A stretch of 64,000 bases of DNA from Marsupella aquatica (Eukaryota; Plantae; Marchantiophyta), in assembly GCA_973895155.1 (NCBI GenBank), contig OZ316898.1, positions 19,479,292 to 19,543,291 on the forward strand. Reading direction: 5' to 3'. A program made the translations under genes and the position numbers. Below, piece after piece: positions 13,971 to 28,341 of this stretch (position 1 is its first letter; each line of letters begins with the position of its first letter). Under the pieces are notes generated by a model that searched no databases, was not told the DNA's origin, and saw nothing but the letters and a program-made list of their open reading frames with translations.

Positions 13971-14409
13971 CAATTCTCACCAAGGAGGCTATGGGGCAAA
14001 TCTAAGGCAAAAATAATCTCAATTTTTACAATGGATTCATATTTTTCTACACATTTGTTAAAGATTCTAGGGCATTGACACTTTGCGTAATGACTATACT
14101 ACTTTCAGAAATGCTTTTACATAATCTTGTAGTTTATATAACATTGCTCTTGTTACCGGGATTGAAGGAAGTTTTTCATTGTTTAATAAGCAGTTGTTGA
14201 ATATTATTTTTGACAGACCATTCATTGTTCTTGTTGTAAATAATGTTTTGACTAATTTATTGCTATAGTGCTATTTGAGATTTTTTGGGGGAGTATTGTT
14301 AATGAATCCTATTTTTTAGAGAGCGCTGCTCTTGTTACAAGGACATCTGGAAAATGGGGTGGAGAATATTCATCAAATAATCATCAATGAAATTGACTGT
14401 GCGGGGTAC

Positions 14410-15235
14410 GATATTGACCAAGTAATGTGTCATTGCTTATTACACGCTGACATGTCATTGTTGAATTTACAATGTTTACTCATTGATTCATTGTTTTGTA
14501 TTTTTTTAAAATTGATTCATCAATTATCCATTGTATGATCAAGATTGATTCAATTTCAAAATAATAAACAAAGAATTTGCATTGATTCATCATTGGACTA
14601 GCATGTTGAATTAGCAATATATCAATGCCACATTAGTGTGTAATCATTGTGTTTTCATTGTGTAAAAGCCATATTTTCATTGAAGGATCATTCATGTTTC
14701 ATTGGTTATTCATTATCACTTCATTGACAAATCATTGTCCTTTCATCATGAACCTATATCATTTGTCCATTGTCATTCGGTCAATATTGATTCAATACCA
14801 TTCCATTGATCCATCATCATGATTTCCATGATATTGTATCATGAGTTTATCATTATTCCATCATCTGTTAAATTGTCATTTCAGTGCCATTTCATTGTGA
14901 CATTGGTCACCATTTGGTCCTCATTAAACAACTGTGTTTTTGTAGTTGATTTGTTGTTAGTTCAACATAGTTTTCAGAATATCACCAGTGTGATTTATTT
15001 GTCATTTTTTCATCACAGACTCTTTTTCAGTTCCTCGTTGAATCTATGTCAATTTAATGTCATTTCATTAGCATTTCAATATGATTTTCTCATTATCATT
15101 TCCTTGTATTTGCATTGTCATCTTATTGGTGAGAAGTTGTCATTCCATTGTTATTTCATCAATCTTCCTTAAGCTCATCAATGTTGTTGACTGAGACAAT
15201 GATTTGTTGTTGATGCATCACAACTATCATTGAAT
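14410..15235. repeat. Degenerate CATTG/TCAT-rich low-complexity tract
   Basis: Dense CATTG/ATCAT words and almost no CpG; the reverse-complement bias occurs at 25680-26350. Confidence 0.5.
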
Positions 15236-17554
15236 AGATAATTTTTGGGGGGTATCCCAATTTTTCTAATTTGAACACACTTTCGCAACCTATTTCAAAA
15301 GCTTTCACTGTAAATGTTTCCAATGAACTTTTGATCAAGATGCAAAAGAAATTTGAGCTATGTAGTCAAATATTCGTCTCCATATTAAAGGTCGACTAGA
15401 GCTAGAGTTATCAAAGTTTTAACAAATATGTTACCGCTGGATTCCAATCATAATGACAGTTTGTCCTAGAGAATCATAAGAGAACTTTCCTAATTTAAGA
15501 TTTAACTTCGGCTAGTCCAGAGCTCTAAATCTTGGGAGAAGACTTGTTTTTCTGGTGCTTGCCGACCTATCCTGCCACTCTCTTCATACATGTGAACCAG
15601 CGCAGAGCCCACACGCAAATCCGAGCGATCCCATCTTCAGACACATTGACCACTCTTTTCTCGGCACTCATCCACCTGGCTACATTGCATGACTTCTGCA
15701 AGAATCTTCTCTCACCTGGATTCGGATACCATTCATCTCGCCCCGTTAAAATAATTTAAAATATGGCATGACAAGACCAGAAAAAGTGCGAAGGCAACCA
15801 TAATTCTCGAAGATCCATCACGGAAAATGTTGTCGTAGTATGTAACTTCCACCAAACAAGGAACAACAGAGCACACCAACAAGCAATGACGTGCCTTGTC
15901 TGCAAGAAACCGTGCCTGGGGTCACGGGGCGGCCGAGTCCCCATCCACACGCACCGATTGCGAGCAACTGATGTTCATTGACGACACTCCCTGCTCCCTC
16001 CCCGCCACCCTCCCTGCCTCCTGCTACCACTGCTTCAGCAAATTCTTCAAATCACTCATCCATCTCTCCCCCTGCCCGCAATCCCGCACCGCATCCCTTC
16101 TTTCCATTCCTACTTGTCTTCTACTCTGCACTACGCGTCCTCCTCCAACAAACATACGGTGGGACCGAGAAACTGTTTCGGAGTCCGGATAACTTGCAAA
16201 AGTTAAATGACTCCTTTCCAACTGAGAGTAACGGCTATCTATGAAGAATGCAATGATCTTAGAATAGAATATTGAAATAATTGTGAAAGGCATATCCAGG
16301 TATCAAGAAGCTCGTTCCTTCTCCCGTATTTCACTGTACCCACAGAAAGTACAGAGTCAAGAGCCTATCAAATTGGTACTAAAATACTTCAGCCAGAAGT
16401 CACATGTTATCCTTGGGTTGTGTAAAGGACAGACTCTTAGGGCATTCATTTGTAAGTTGCCTACACTGTCCTTTCTGCGCTATACACAAACCAGAATCTC
16501 AGGTTTCTGAAAAGAGACTACTTAGAAATAAAGCCTAGCCATCATCTGTACAATCCATCGTGATTAGACACAGATGAAATGAACGTGAAAGCGCTTCCCT
16601 CCCTCTCCTACAATTCAGAAATAGTGGCTATCCATCATTCTTAAACTTGGCTCTTATACAATCCGTGAAGAGACACATACGACATGAATGTAATAGCCTC
16701 CCCTCCCCTCCCCTCCCCTCCCCTCCCGCCCCGCCCGCGCGCCCCCCCCCCCCCGACCCACCCTGTGCTTCCTAACACGGAAAAGGAATCAAACTTGAAG
16801 TCCAACTCAAGTCTTGATCACATAAGCCTCATAGCAGGAAATTCCCACAACTATAAATGTCACACCGTGGTGCTGGAACAATAGTTTCTGTTTAGAAGTA
16901 GGTACGCATAACGTTGAAATCGCTCTTCAGTCTCATTACCTGAAGGCCGTGTACAAGAACAATGGCGGATGCCAATACCAATCAAACCGGAAGATGAAGG
17001 ATAAACTCTGCAAATCAAACGTCTTTGTTGAGAATGTATTCAAGGTCGTTTGGTCACATCAAATCCAACAAAATGACATTCATACAAAATTAATCATACC
17101 TGGCTGAGGGCTGTTGCCTAAAGCGGTCCATATCCAAAGTTCCATCGAGTCAGCTCCGTTCCCGTGCCGGGAATACGGAGCTCAATGGTACAGTTTTGAG
17201 AAATACGATCTTACCTGTTTGACAAAGGTTCAAATCAGTCTAAGTAGTGCAATCTTGCAGACCCCTCAAATTTCAAGTCTCATCTTTCCTTCCCATGGAC
17301 TAAGGAAAGAATATTCATTACGCGAAGGCTCTGTTGGGGAAACCTTGCCCGGGCAGAGGAATCTAAGCTCAGCGTAACAGTTGGAGGAAGCCCTAGAAGC
17401 ATAGCAGTAGCGGTATCTTCTCCAGGATCAATTCCTCCTGCTGGACTCTTTTACGAATCATCCCAGCTTTGCCATCAAAACTTGAGAATCAAAACTACAA
17501 GTTTTGAGAAGAAAAACTATGAGAAGATCTTCCAGCCAAACCCCAAAGCAACCC

Positions 17555-17702
17555 ACCCTTACTGTTGAGCGGGTGTGGCTTCAGCTGGAGGAGAAGCAGA
17601 TCAATTACCAAGTGGAGAAAATCAACATGCGGTACTACGGTGAGAAGCTGGATTGGTACAAGCGCATGGTGCCCTCAGGGTTGCTCCCAGCGGTCATGCT
17701 TA
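17555..17702 (+). pseudogene. Glutathione S-transferase N-terminal fragment (iota/cyanobacterial-type, Cys-GST)
   Basis: PYC|[43 protein letters not shown] matches the [24 protein letters not shown]...VPSGLLP pattern. There is a 1-nt frameshift just after PYC and no continuation. Confidence 0.75.
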
Positions 17703-20555
17703 AAGTCCCAAGAAAGGCTCACCTCTTGCTCTAAACTCCGTGATAGCTTCTTGTCCATACCTGCAAGCTTGCCTGAATCAATTAACCAACCACAGAAAGT
17801 CGTAAGAAAGCGCGAGACAAAAACACTCCCTCCAAAGGTCGAGGCAGAACGTTAGAAGCCTCGAGGGATCAGGTGGAATAGAGCACACGGTTCACTCCCC
17901 GTGAAACTACCGTTGATTTGAAAAAAAACATTGACCAGAAGCGTTTTAGCGACCACAAGAGTTTAATTGAGGAATGCTTGTCCAGAAACTGCAACGTACA
18001 ACCTGTGCACCAAGCTCTGAAGACTGAGAAACCGTAAAACCTGCTGAAAAACTGCTATGTGGTCCACGACAAATGGGCGGTCGAGTTTGCAAGAGCCTTG
18101 TGGACGGCTATTCGGTCGTGTTCAGACTCGACTTGGCGCTTCCCCTTGGAGCTTCACGATGGGCAGGGGAGAACTCCGTTTAGTGCCGCCATTGGCCACT
18201 GGCATGGCAGTAGCAAGAACATTCTCGGCATGCTGGCAAGTGATGATGGGAAAGCGGAAGACGAGGTGGCCGAATGCACCATGGCCTCATGTGATGGCGC
18301 AGACAAGACGGCTATACAAGTTGCCTTGGCGACGGGAATTGATTTTGCCGTCCAAAGATTGGTGAGTTTTGCTGGAGGCGCCAAAAAGCTTGCGCCCCAC
18401 GTTCGTGCGCAATGGCGCCACCCGATCCCCTCCATTGTCAGTGCTTGGTCTTCTAACGACGTTACATCGCTCGAGAGGCCAGAGAACTGACCGGCCTTGG
18501 GCGTGGAATTCTTCATGACAGCCAGGGGCCAAAGCTCTCAGAGACCATTGAAGCAGGCCCTCTCCAGTCGGCCATCCTCCACAAAAAGCTCTTCTTTTAA
18601 AACTGGCGTTATTTAAATCAGCTTCTCAATCTGTGCCGGGACCTGCAAACCACAAATGAAGTGATTATGTATACCTCAAATCTGACTCCGACAAAGACAC
18701 GTCCACAATCCACCACAAAAAAGTCTGTACTCCAGTACGCATTCAGAAATTCCTTATTGTCTATGTTCTTGCTGCTAGTTTATGATATTCTTCGGGCACA
18801 TAAGAAGGTTGGTGTTATATTTTACAATATAGCACAGTACTTGTGCCAGCCTGACTGTCTTGTCGATTAATACTACCTTACTTGTGCCAGCCTGACTGTC
18901 TCGTTGCTGTACTGGTGGCCTTACTCCTAATTCGACAACAGTCTTTGTTGACAGTCATGAGGTCAAAACATATGAGTTATTACAGGGCACTCAGACCTTA
19001 ATTCTGAGAGAGGATGCTCCCTTGATTATTGGTTACTTATCGCACACTGTTCTCAAATATATCCAGTCAGTTCCACTCCAACCTGAATTAAGTACGTGCT
19101 CGAGGACCGATTTGTGAACAGCTGCTAGACTTATCCTCGCCGTCCACTCTGGACTCATGTATTTAATCTCTGAACTCATGTAGGAACTCAAGTTGCATTG
19201 CATGGATCCGGTGCTTACCCTGTTATAATTCCTCCTCTGTGAAAGTGGTAGGTCACACCTTTTGACATCCCTTGAGTCATGAACTCCAACAATAATGAAG
19301 GACTTTTTAAGAGTGACGGCCAGACCTTTTATGTGTGATCCATCATGATCCTGTCACGGCAAAGTACAGAGAACAGAGTATTATCACAAGCTAATGACCC
19401 CAGCCATACAACTTTAAGACGCAAAATTTGGAGATTTGGCAAACACTTGAGCAGCAAGAAGTTGATCAGTCGCATCTCAAAGAGCCATCTGTCCCGATAG
19501 GTGCAGAGATGAAGACAGTAATGTGTAGCAAAATGGCCGTAGCGTACCCGAAGAATGTTGACATTGGAAAAGGGCCCGGGAGTGTCTTATACAAAGTGGG
19601 ACCGAAAGGTGGCCAGCAACAGCAATGCTCAGATGGCTCACCGGAAAGTAGCTGCAAATTGCAGCCCAACGCTCAAAGCAATCAAAATGACACAGCCGTG
19701 TGGAACATCATAGCTCTCTCAATGTGTCTTCGCCCGCAATTACCCGACTCAAACATTTGCCTGGATTCCGCTTCCCCCTTGTCTTCCTCTCCATCTTTAA
19801 ATTCTCCTTCCACCTCTGATTCTCCTTCCACCTCTGAGAGAACTTCTTTTGACGGGGGAGATAAATTGCCGTTGCCTAGCAGTACAACTACTTCCGTTTC
19901 TACAACTAGGAACTGCTCGGGCCTTGGCGGCTCGTTGAAACGCGGACTGGATCATGAGCAAAGAAGCCACAGCGGGTGCCAAACAGACAGTGACAAAGAG
20001 AAATCCACGGTGTCACACTTTGCGGATCAGTTCGGTGGAATTAGAGTTATTCAGACTTATGGCTCCCACAAGGATTTGTCGATGTTGTTTGGATGACAGT
20101 CGCTTGGGGCTGAGATGGATGGACCCGAGCTTTCTTCGTAATCTTTACCGTGCTAAAGTTTGAGAAAACGTAACCTGAAACGAGTATTTAGCTCTGCGTA
20201 AGCAGACATCGTTGCACTTCAGCACCGGGAAAGTCTTAACCTGTCTTCAAGAACTCTGGCGGTAGATCGCATTTCGACTAGAGCTTTGGTAATCGGACAA
20301 CCTATGTTTTTTATCTCATGTTATTTGAATCAAAGTTCATTGACTAGAAGCTGTAGGACAAAATTTCATGCCGGCTGGAACTGACCATCACTCCACTGGC
20401 AAAGTACGATCAGCCTTAGTTACATAGTGGCAGTTCCTTTCTCTTACGCAAACAAGCACTACTCGGCAAAATGAAATTCAATCCATTCCTGATTAATCAA
20501 AAACTATACTGCATTGTTCTAAACAAGAAAGGTATTATGGACGAGGGATTCTTAC

Positions 20556-20691
20556 CATGATGAGGCAATACACCACCATGGGCAAAAAGCCAACCATTCA
20601 CCTTCAGCACCACTCCATGTTGTGACAACTTCCTTGCTACGGGTCCACCAGGACTAAAGAGGTATGCTCGTGAGGCAGCGCCCTTTCGCAT
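20556..20691 (-). pseudogene. Orphan exon of a Shewanella-like protein phosphatase (SLP1-type metallophosphoesterase)
   Basis: AG|MRKGAASRAYLFSPGGPVARKLSQHGVVLKVNGWLFAHGGVLPHH|GTAAG; PGG and F.HGG.LPHH motifs of plant SLPs. Neighbouring exons were not found. Confidence 0.75.
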
Positions 20692-23600
20692 CTATTTAAT
20701 TCCGCCAGACAATATCAGAGTCAGGCAGGCATGCTGCTCAGGTTTTGAAAGGCCCCAGCAAACAATAGGCACTAGCATAAGCTACTTTACAGCTTCCAGT
20801 GCTCACTCTGATGCATCCTAAACTTGAGTAAACACCGCAGCAAAGAAACGCCAGTCCACTATTGTAAAAGACAATCTGCGACCAAGGAACTATGAATCCC
20901 CACTGGACCTACAAAATCTGCACAGGAGGGGATTTTGCCCTTGCAACCCTTTCAAATAGAAATCTGTCAAGTCATAGTTACCAGTTTAAGATTGCTCATA
21001 CGCAATGGTGCCGTTCTTAAGAAATTTGACTGATCTTTTGGAGATTCTTCAGAGGCGACTCTGAAAGCTTTGCATGCCTTCTCAAAGAACTCCAGTGCAT
21101 GAGTAGCTCTGCCTTATCGAATTCAAGAGTCTTGACGTGCTTTGGCTCGATGTAGAGAACGTTGTTTGCGTCTGTCAAAAGCATTCTTGTAAAGCATTCT
21201 TGTAGTCCTGGAGCCGCAACGGAGAAATTCTTTTCCCTAGGACAAACTACAAACGACACGGCGAAGGAATGACCTAAAAGAAGAGATGAACAGCTTTCAT
21301 CCAAACCAGTTGCATCACAATGTCCGTCTTCCATCCAAAAACAATTGCATCACAGTCCCCGTTGCAACTCATCGCACCTCCCGCATAGCTTGGCATCGTT
21401 GCTCATGAGCACTTCGATACATCCAAATTACCATAACTCCAAATAAGTTCTTGGAGCAGTAAATCAAAATCTTGCACCAGATCCTTAGCAGAAAGGAGAG
21501 TAGTGTGGAGTGGCGTATAGTAGAGAACAGAGGAGATTGAAAGAGCAGACGAGAGGAGAAGAGAGAGAGAGAAGAGACGCAGTGCATTACCTTGGAAGAC
21601 AGAAAGCCGTGGATCCCGTCCAACAAAGAGAAGCAGCAGTCAATCCCTTTCTGTCTCTCCCACTCCCTCGAGAAGGGAACGAATCGAACCAAAGCGGAAA
21701 CCAACACCCTAATAATGATCCCTACCTTTGGCTCGTCTGCAACAACGAACTACAACAAATCGGATTTCATCCAAATTACCATAACTCCAAATAAGGACAC
21801 AACTGGACTCTTAAATAAGAACAAAGTGAGGGGGAGCAAAAAACAGGGATGTGGCAAATATAAGTGTGGGAGACAGCATAGAATTAAGTTTTATGGAATA
21901 TTTTATTTTTCCTTCATCTATATTTAAGCTGAAAGAAGGGGTAATCAGGGTAGTTTTATTAATGCTCAACAGTCTAGAGTCAAGCCTCTAAAGCGTAACC
22001 CGTGATAAAGACAAAACTGATAATGAGGGTAGACAGAAAAACAGGGATGTGGCAAAGATGAACAGGAAATAGCATAGAGTTATTATTTTGCAGGATGTTT
22101 CTGGTCGTCATCTCTATTTACTTTCAATAAAGGGATAATCAAGCTAGTGAAGAGAAAATAAGAAAATAAGAAAATTTGACCTTCAATCTCTTCCTTGACA
22201 TGGAGAGAGATGGACTCTTCTTGGTTGCCAATTTTTTAGCAAAGGTTGACATTCAATCTGCCCTTGCTATCCAGGGGAATACTAGGCTCTAATTGAAGTT
22301 CTTTTGGGGGAGTTTGCCAACCAGTTTACTATCTCTAGTTTTCCAACCAGTTTCCTACCTCTAGTTTTCATGAAAAGTTTACTATCTTTAGTCTTCATGA
22401 AGAATTGTGAGATCTGTGAATTCTAAAGACTATCTTCACTCACTGTCCACACTTTGGCATGTTTCCAAAAGGCTGTCTAGGACTATCTTTAGATTTCCTG
22501 AAAAAGTCTAGTTTCTCTAGGTTTCATAAAGAATTGCAAGACTTATGAATTGTAAAGATTATCTTTTAATCATTCACTGGCCTCGCTAAGCAGAGCCTGC
22601 CAACACCCATTAGCTCATCACAATATTGGAGTGGTAGATGTTTTAGTCATTGTTCATTCTAGGCGTTTGGGGTTTGCATATGTCCACTTGTAAATTATGA
22701 CAGATTGTACTTCTAAAACGTATGGGAAGCTACAGTAAGTTTTACAGTCAATATCTCCCTCTATATATCCAGTGGGTTTGAATGTTTTAGGTTAGTTAGA
22801 AATGATTTGAAAATATCTTTTCAATGAGCCTCCAATTTTACTACTGTCTACACTAGTAATTTGGGAATTTGAAGGCCCCATAGACCACATTTCAGTTTTG
22901 GGGGTATGCTACTGTAAGTAAGCTATACTTTTATGAAGTGAGAGTGAAATGTTGGCCATTTTGGTTGAGAGTTCCATCACCAAATGGGGAGGGGTAAAGT
23001 TCATTAGATTAACTTACATTGTGTAATTAACATGAAAATTGTTATGTGTCTCTTCCTTTTCTAGTTGCTTTAATTATTACAGGTGCATTTGAAACTAAAA
23101 TTTATTTTAGGATTCATAATCATCAAGTTATTTGGTCAAAACTCCCAAGCCCGCTCCCAAGGACCACCAAAATGTGATACACCAGAACAATGTGTCCAAC
23201 ATAGTGGTTCATCCTGGTTTCAGCTTTTCAATTTCTCTCACTCAGAATTACTTTCTACAAAATAAGTGGGCTGCAGGCTTAACCAACTTATTTCCTTCTT
23301 CCTTGAAATTGGGTTCGTTTAAGAAATTGGGTTAGTTTAGGATATTGGGTTTTTTTAGCGTTCCTACTTTTCTGTCTTCTATTGCATAATAAGTGACAGG
23401 CTTTTCCTTCCAAAGTGAAGCTAAGCCTTCCGAAGTGTTCAAGCTGGACAATGTGCAGAGAAAAAAGGACGGTTTGTTTTGTCCATTGCCAGGGTGTACC
23501 GGCCCTCCCCGATCCTTCCCTTGTCTCTCCCGGCTATCGCCAGTCGAGACTGTGTCAGGACCTGGTCGGTCCATTACACCCACAAAGCATGGAAAGAGCT

Positions 23601-25679
23601 GCTGTATTGCCGTCAACAAGTGAGGTGAGAATCTATTTTTCCAAATTTCATCGTAATTCTCCAAGGGACATGATGATTTGTGGCCTGTGAAGCATTGTTT
23701 GTGCGTAGATTGGATTTTCATTCTCTCGATCATGCATCTGTTTTTTGTTTGAGAATCCACTTTTGGTGTTTTGCCTGAATTCATGGAGCAGCTATTCGCA
23801 TGAGATAGTGAGGTCTTTGTTTCCTACCGTGAGCATAACGTTTTTGTTCCTACAAGGTTGTTTTTTCCTCTCTCCGGATGGATGTAGCTTATTGCTGACA
23901 GCTTTGTTTTCGGGCTCGGGCTTGGTCAGTTGCTCAATAGGAAGGAGTCTGTATCAACATTGGAGCGCGATGGTGTAAAGCTTGGGGTGGAAGGATATGC
24001 CAGCATTTTTGCTTGCATTGGATCACAAAGTATGGTAAATGAGTATCTGCATTGGTTTTTGGCTCGATTTCAAACACTCGCATCATCCACAAAATCCTCA
24101 TTCCCAGGTGCAATAACAAATTCTTGCGTTGTGGTAGCCAACTTATACTCGGCAGGATATGGTTCGTATCCGTGGACTGTTTGTAGAGGCTTTTCTTTCT
24201 TCCATTCAATTTCCACATTGTGCATGTTTCTCAATCAATCATAACACACACCACTTTCTGGAGCTCTATCTCACATCCTTCAATTTTGATATTTGGCTTG
24301 AGTAGTTCTCCCGGTAGTTTTTCCTCAGTGGCCTTGAACTTCAAAGAAAGGCTGTCAATTAGACTAGTATTCTCGAGCTGGATTTGCGCCAACCTGTGGT
24401 TTTCACGATGTACCTTGTCCATCTCCAGTTCTTCCTCCATTAGATTTGCAATTGCAATCTGCATCCCGTGCTTTGCCAAAAGAATAGTATTTTCCTTCTC
24501 AGAGATCTTGGCTCGTTCTCAACACTTGGCTTTTCCCCTGCTTCATTGATGAGCCTCCTCTAAATGCTTCTGATCTTCCGATTATAGGATGCACTTGGGC
24601 GGCTCAGCTCTCCTCTATTTTTAGAAACACCAGACCCCTCGTTGCTGACTTCACTTGTTGTACCTTGTAAGCTCTAGTTTGGGCTCCCCGAAAGGCAATT
24701 GCTCAAAGCTCTTAGGGGTGCTTGCTCTTTACATTTAATTTTATTCAAGCCATGTACTAACAAGTCTATTTGCAATCACTAACTCCTTTTACAATGGTTG
24801 TTTCTTCTGTTTTAAAGGTGTTAAGAGAAGAGTTCTACACTCAGCTGTGCTTACCGAAGCCCCGTGATGGAGACAATGAGAAAATGAATTAGTGGAAAAG
24901 TGACTTGGCTAAGCAGAAATGCACGAAGGAGTGGAGGGTCGATGTGGATGGTGATGCATATGACCCATGGGGTGCTCATGCTATTCACCATAGCATAGCA
25001 CGGGTTTTAAGTGGCAATAGATACAACAAAGCAAAACCAGTTTCCATAAGCATTCGATGAGCAGGATTTTTTTATTTATAATGTACGTAAAATTTGTCTT
25101 TAAGGTTATTCATTGTTTAAAGTTCTTACTAAGCATCCCAATGACACTTATATAACTGGTTTGCTTTGCAGCTTGAGCTTGCCATTGATGGACGAGTGAT
25201 GGAGGCCTCTTGAAAAAACCTCCATCATGCATAAAGGCATGCAGGGGATGGAGGAGAGGGTCAAGAAGGTTCAGAGGGATATGAAGAGGGTAGTTATTTT
25301 GGTAAAATAAGTTGAGTGGAGACTCAATCACATACTACACATGACATTGTGCATTACATCTTGTAGATTCTTGAACACTTTTCCTTTTTGCCCCCCCCCC
25401 CCTTATTGGGATGCTTTGTCATTGGGACCATGTCTCCCGGTTTGGCTTAACATAGTTTTCTATTATTACTTTTAATATTCAGGCCACCAAAAAAGGTGTC
25501 GAGTGCAAGTGTGTGTCTTTTACATACTTCATAAATAGTTTCAACCATGAACAACTTTTAACTACAAAACAATAAGGGGGAGAAGAGGAAGGGGTGGGTG
25601 GGGTACGTAAGATGAGTTGGGGAAGACTCAGGGGAGCTACATGCAACAAGAGGAAGAGTGAAAATATGCCGACTGCGAA

Positions 25680-26350
25680 TGACAATGATTAGACATTGAA
25701 ATGGTCATGAAAGGGCAATGAAACAATGCAAATCTGTTTAAAAGTCCATATTAACCAAATAATGATATTGCAATGATTCCACAATGAATCATCATGATAT
25801 GGCACTATTAAACCACTATTGATTCATGATATAGTTTTTCATTGTGGAAACAACTTTGAAAATTCATTGCATAATGGATGACACAATTTGAAATACGCAA
25901 GGATACACCATGAAATATCATTGAAATCAAAGCTTTTCAACCACTCTAACATACTGATTCAACAATGAAACAACATGGATGTCCACTCCATAACCATGTT
26001 AGTTCCATGATGATAACTTTATGATGATTCATCATAAGAACAATGCATACTATTGCCAAGTTGAACACATACTGAAAATACAATGAAGATATGATGAAAT
26101 GCATTGCTGATTTTACAATGAGTCTATGCTTAAGCATTGTCAAAATTTTCATTGTATAAAAAGTGATGCCAATCAACAATGAAAATGTAATGAATCCATC
26201 CATGATGACACTACAATGATTAAACATGGAAAATATTTGTGGTCAAACTACCACATTCAATGCTGAAAATTTCAATGATGAATCATCGTCAAGTACTTTG
26301 TGTGTAAATCAACACTACTTACACATTGTGATGAAAATATCATGAAGCAT
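25680..26350. repeat. Degenerate CAATG/ATGA-rich low-complexity tract
   Basis: Dense CAATG/ATGAT words; mirror composition of 14410-15235. Confidence 0.5.
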
Positions 26351-28341
26351 CACCGAATAGTATGGGTACCAATTTCCTGATGGAGTGCTTCGAGTACTTT
26401 GCCGCGGCAGAGATGCGGAATATTTTAAATGTGTATTTTCATTCCATTTCATTGACATCCTCAAATTGACTTTGAGGTGAGCACGCAATGTTCTTAGAGG
26501 GACAGAAATGTAGGATTAACAATTAATGAGAGAGTTTACCATCCATTTACAGTTGGGCTGTCTCATAATTAGGTGTAAAATGGTCTGTCCCTTGTCACAG
26601 TCCATGGGGATAGATGGGGACAACGTAGCAGTCCATCTGGGCTTTTGTTTCTTCTTTTTCAGAAAGGTGTGCATTAAAAATACATGAATCAGATAGAATA
26701 TATTTGATTGAAAATTAATTAAAATAGCTCTCTCGTCAGAACGGGCTAGCTATATGGTCACTTATTTGGAAAACTCGAAGATTCCAAGATTGGTCGGCTT
26801 ATATTCTACTTTCGGGAAAAAAAATTGAAGGTCACTTCTTTGGGAAACTCGAAGATTCCATCATGGTGTGATATGACACACTTTAGTGTAGAGTAATCAG
26901 CGATGCAGATATGCGTCGTACAGACCTTTTACACGGCTTGTACGCGGGTGCTTATCCAACGCAAAGCACCAAATTCCAGAAGGTGGCATTGAAGCTGGAA
27001 AACTCTTACTCGGACTCATTTTGGTAACAGGAGTCTCGACAAGAATGTTTGAGATGAGAGGTGAATGAAATTACACATATATGGCTCATAAGTTCAATCG
27101 ATGAACGAAAGCATGACATCAAGATAGAAGAACAGTGTGAACATTAATTAGATATAGAAGATTAAAGTTTTCAGAATTTTAAGAAGGCAATTGGGACAGA
27201 AATATGAAGAGAGTAAGTATCTGGCCATTGACACACAGATTAAGCCACAGGACGGTAGGGCGGAATGGAAAGTAACACGCTAGAGCAAACAATCAACAAT
27301 GTAAGCGAAGGGATGGGTCGGAGGTCTCCCATGCAGAACAGCTAGGAGAGTGAAACCGAGATGACAGATAATATCTGGAGCTGAGAACACAGAAATCAAC
27401 AATCATGCAGTGCACATGTTCAGAAGAATAAGTTCAGAAGAATAAGACGACTCACAAGAGTTGCTAGAAGGAAGAAGACTCAAAGTGGGGGCAACACAAT
27501 ACGACCGGGATAGTTCACAGTTGAGCAATGGAAGCACAGAACGACTGCCAAGAAGGGAGCAGACGATACCAAGATGGCAGAGAAGGATTGCGAGAATATT
27601 GATGCAGGTGTGAACTAAAGCGCGGAAGTGAGACTCTGCAGGTAGGAGATATAAAATCAAATCCATTTCTGCGTGAAAACATTGAAATGGCAATCACCAG
27701 CCGAAGAGATGAATAAAGCTTACGTCTATAACGCACTAACCTCCGGACGCCAATGTGGTAGGGGGAAGCAAGAATTTATCTGCCTTGGAATTTTTACATG
27801 ATGTAGTCCCTGCATAGGAAATTAGCGATTCCAAAACTGGGGAACTTGAAGAGCAGTGAAGAGGAAACACATGAATTGCCGGTAAAGTTGCTGGAAAGGA
27901 CAGCTTCGCATTGCAGTAGACTGACAAACTTAAGCGGATAGGACCACATGTCATGGCGGGTGATCAAGTGAAGACGAATGACTGTGGATTAAAAGAATTT
28001 AGAATACAATGCGTATTAATTACAAGAAGAATACAGAGACAATGGACCGAGGTTGCGAATTTTTGCAGTTCAAGATCATGCCCGAGATCGATCATGAAGA
28101 GGCGATTGTAGCAAACGTGAGGTAGCGAGTCAGAGTACGATCCCAAGTAATCTGCCTAACCGATCGACAGTGCACTACATGAAAGAGACGTGCAGGGAGT
28201 ATTATTTAGCACTTGAACGTCCAGACGCACACACTACCAGCGGTGCACTGTGAAAACGCTTGACGTGATTCAACCAGATCTAGTCAGAATCCCTTCCGAG
28301 CTTAGTACCGCTCACATTGGATTCTGATGTTCAACGCGATC

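Noticed and set aside
18057-18532. Overlapping ORFs downstream of the GST fragment
   Set aside because: Coding-like composition, but no frame could be tied to a GST C-terminal domain or any other family.
19428-20096. 222-aa ORF
   Set aside because: Non-ATG start, Ser-rich low complexity and no domain I can identify; may include a gene fragment but cannot be supported.
23650-24600. Coiled-coil-like minus-strand ORF pieces
   Set aside because: Probably a decayed TE ORF, but there are no diagnostic motifs or termini.
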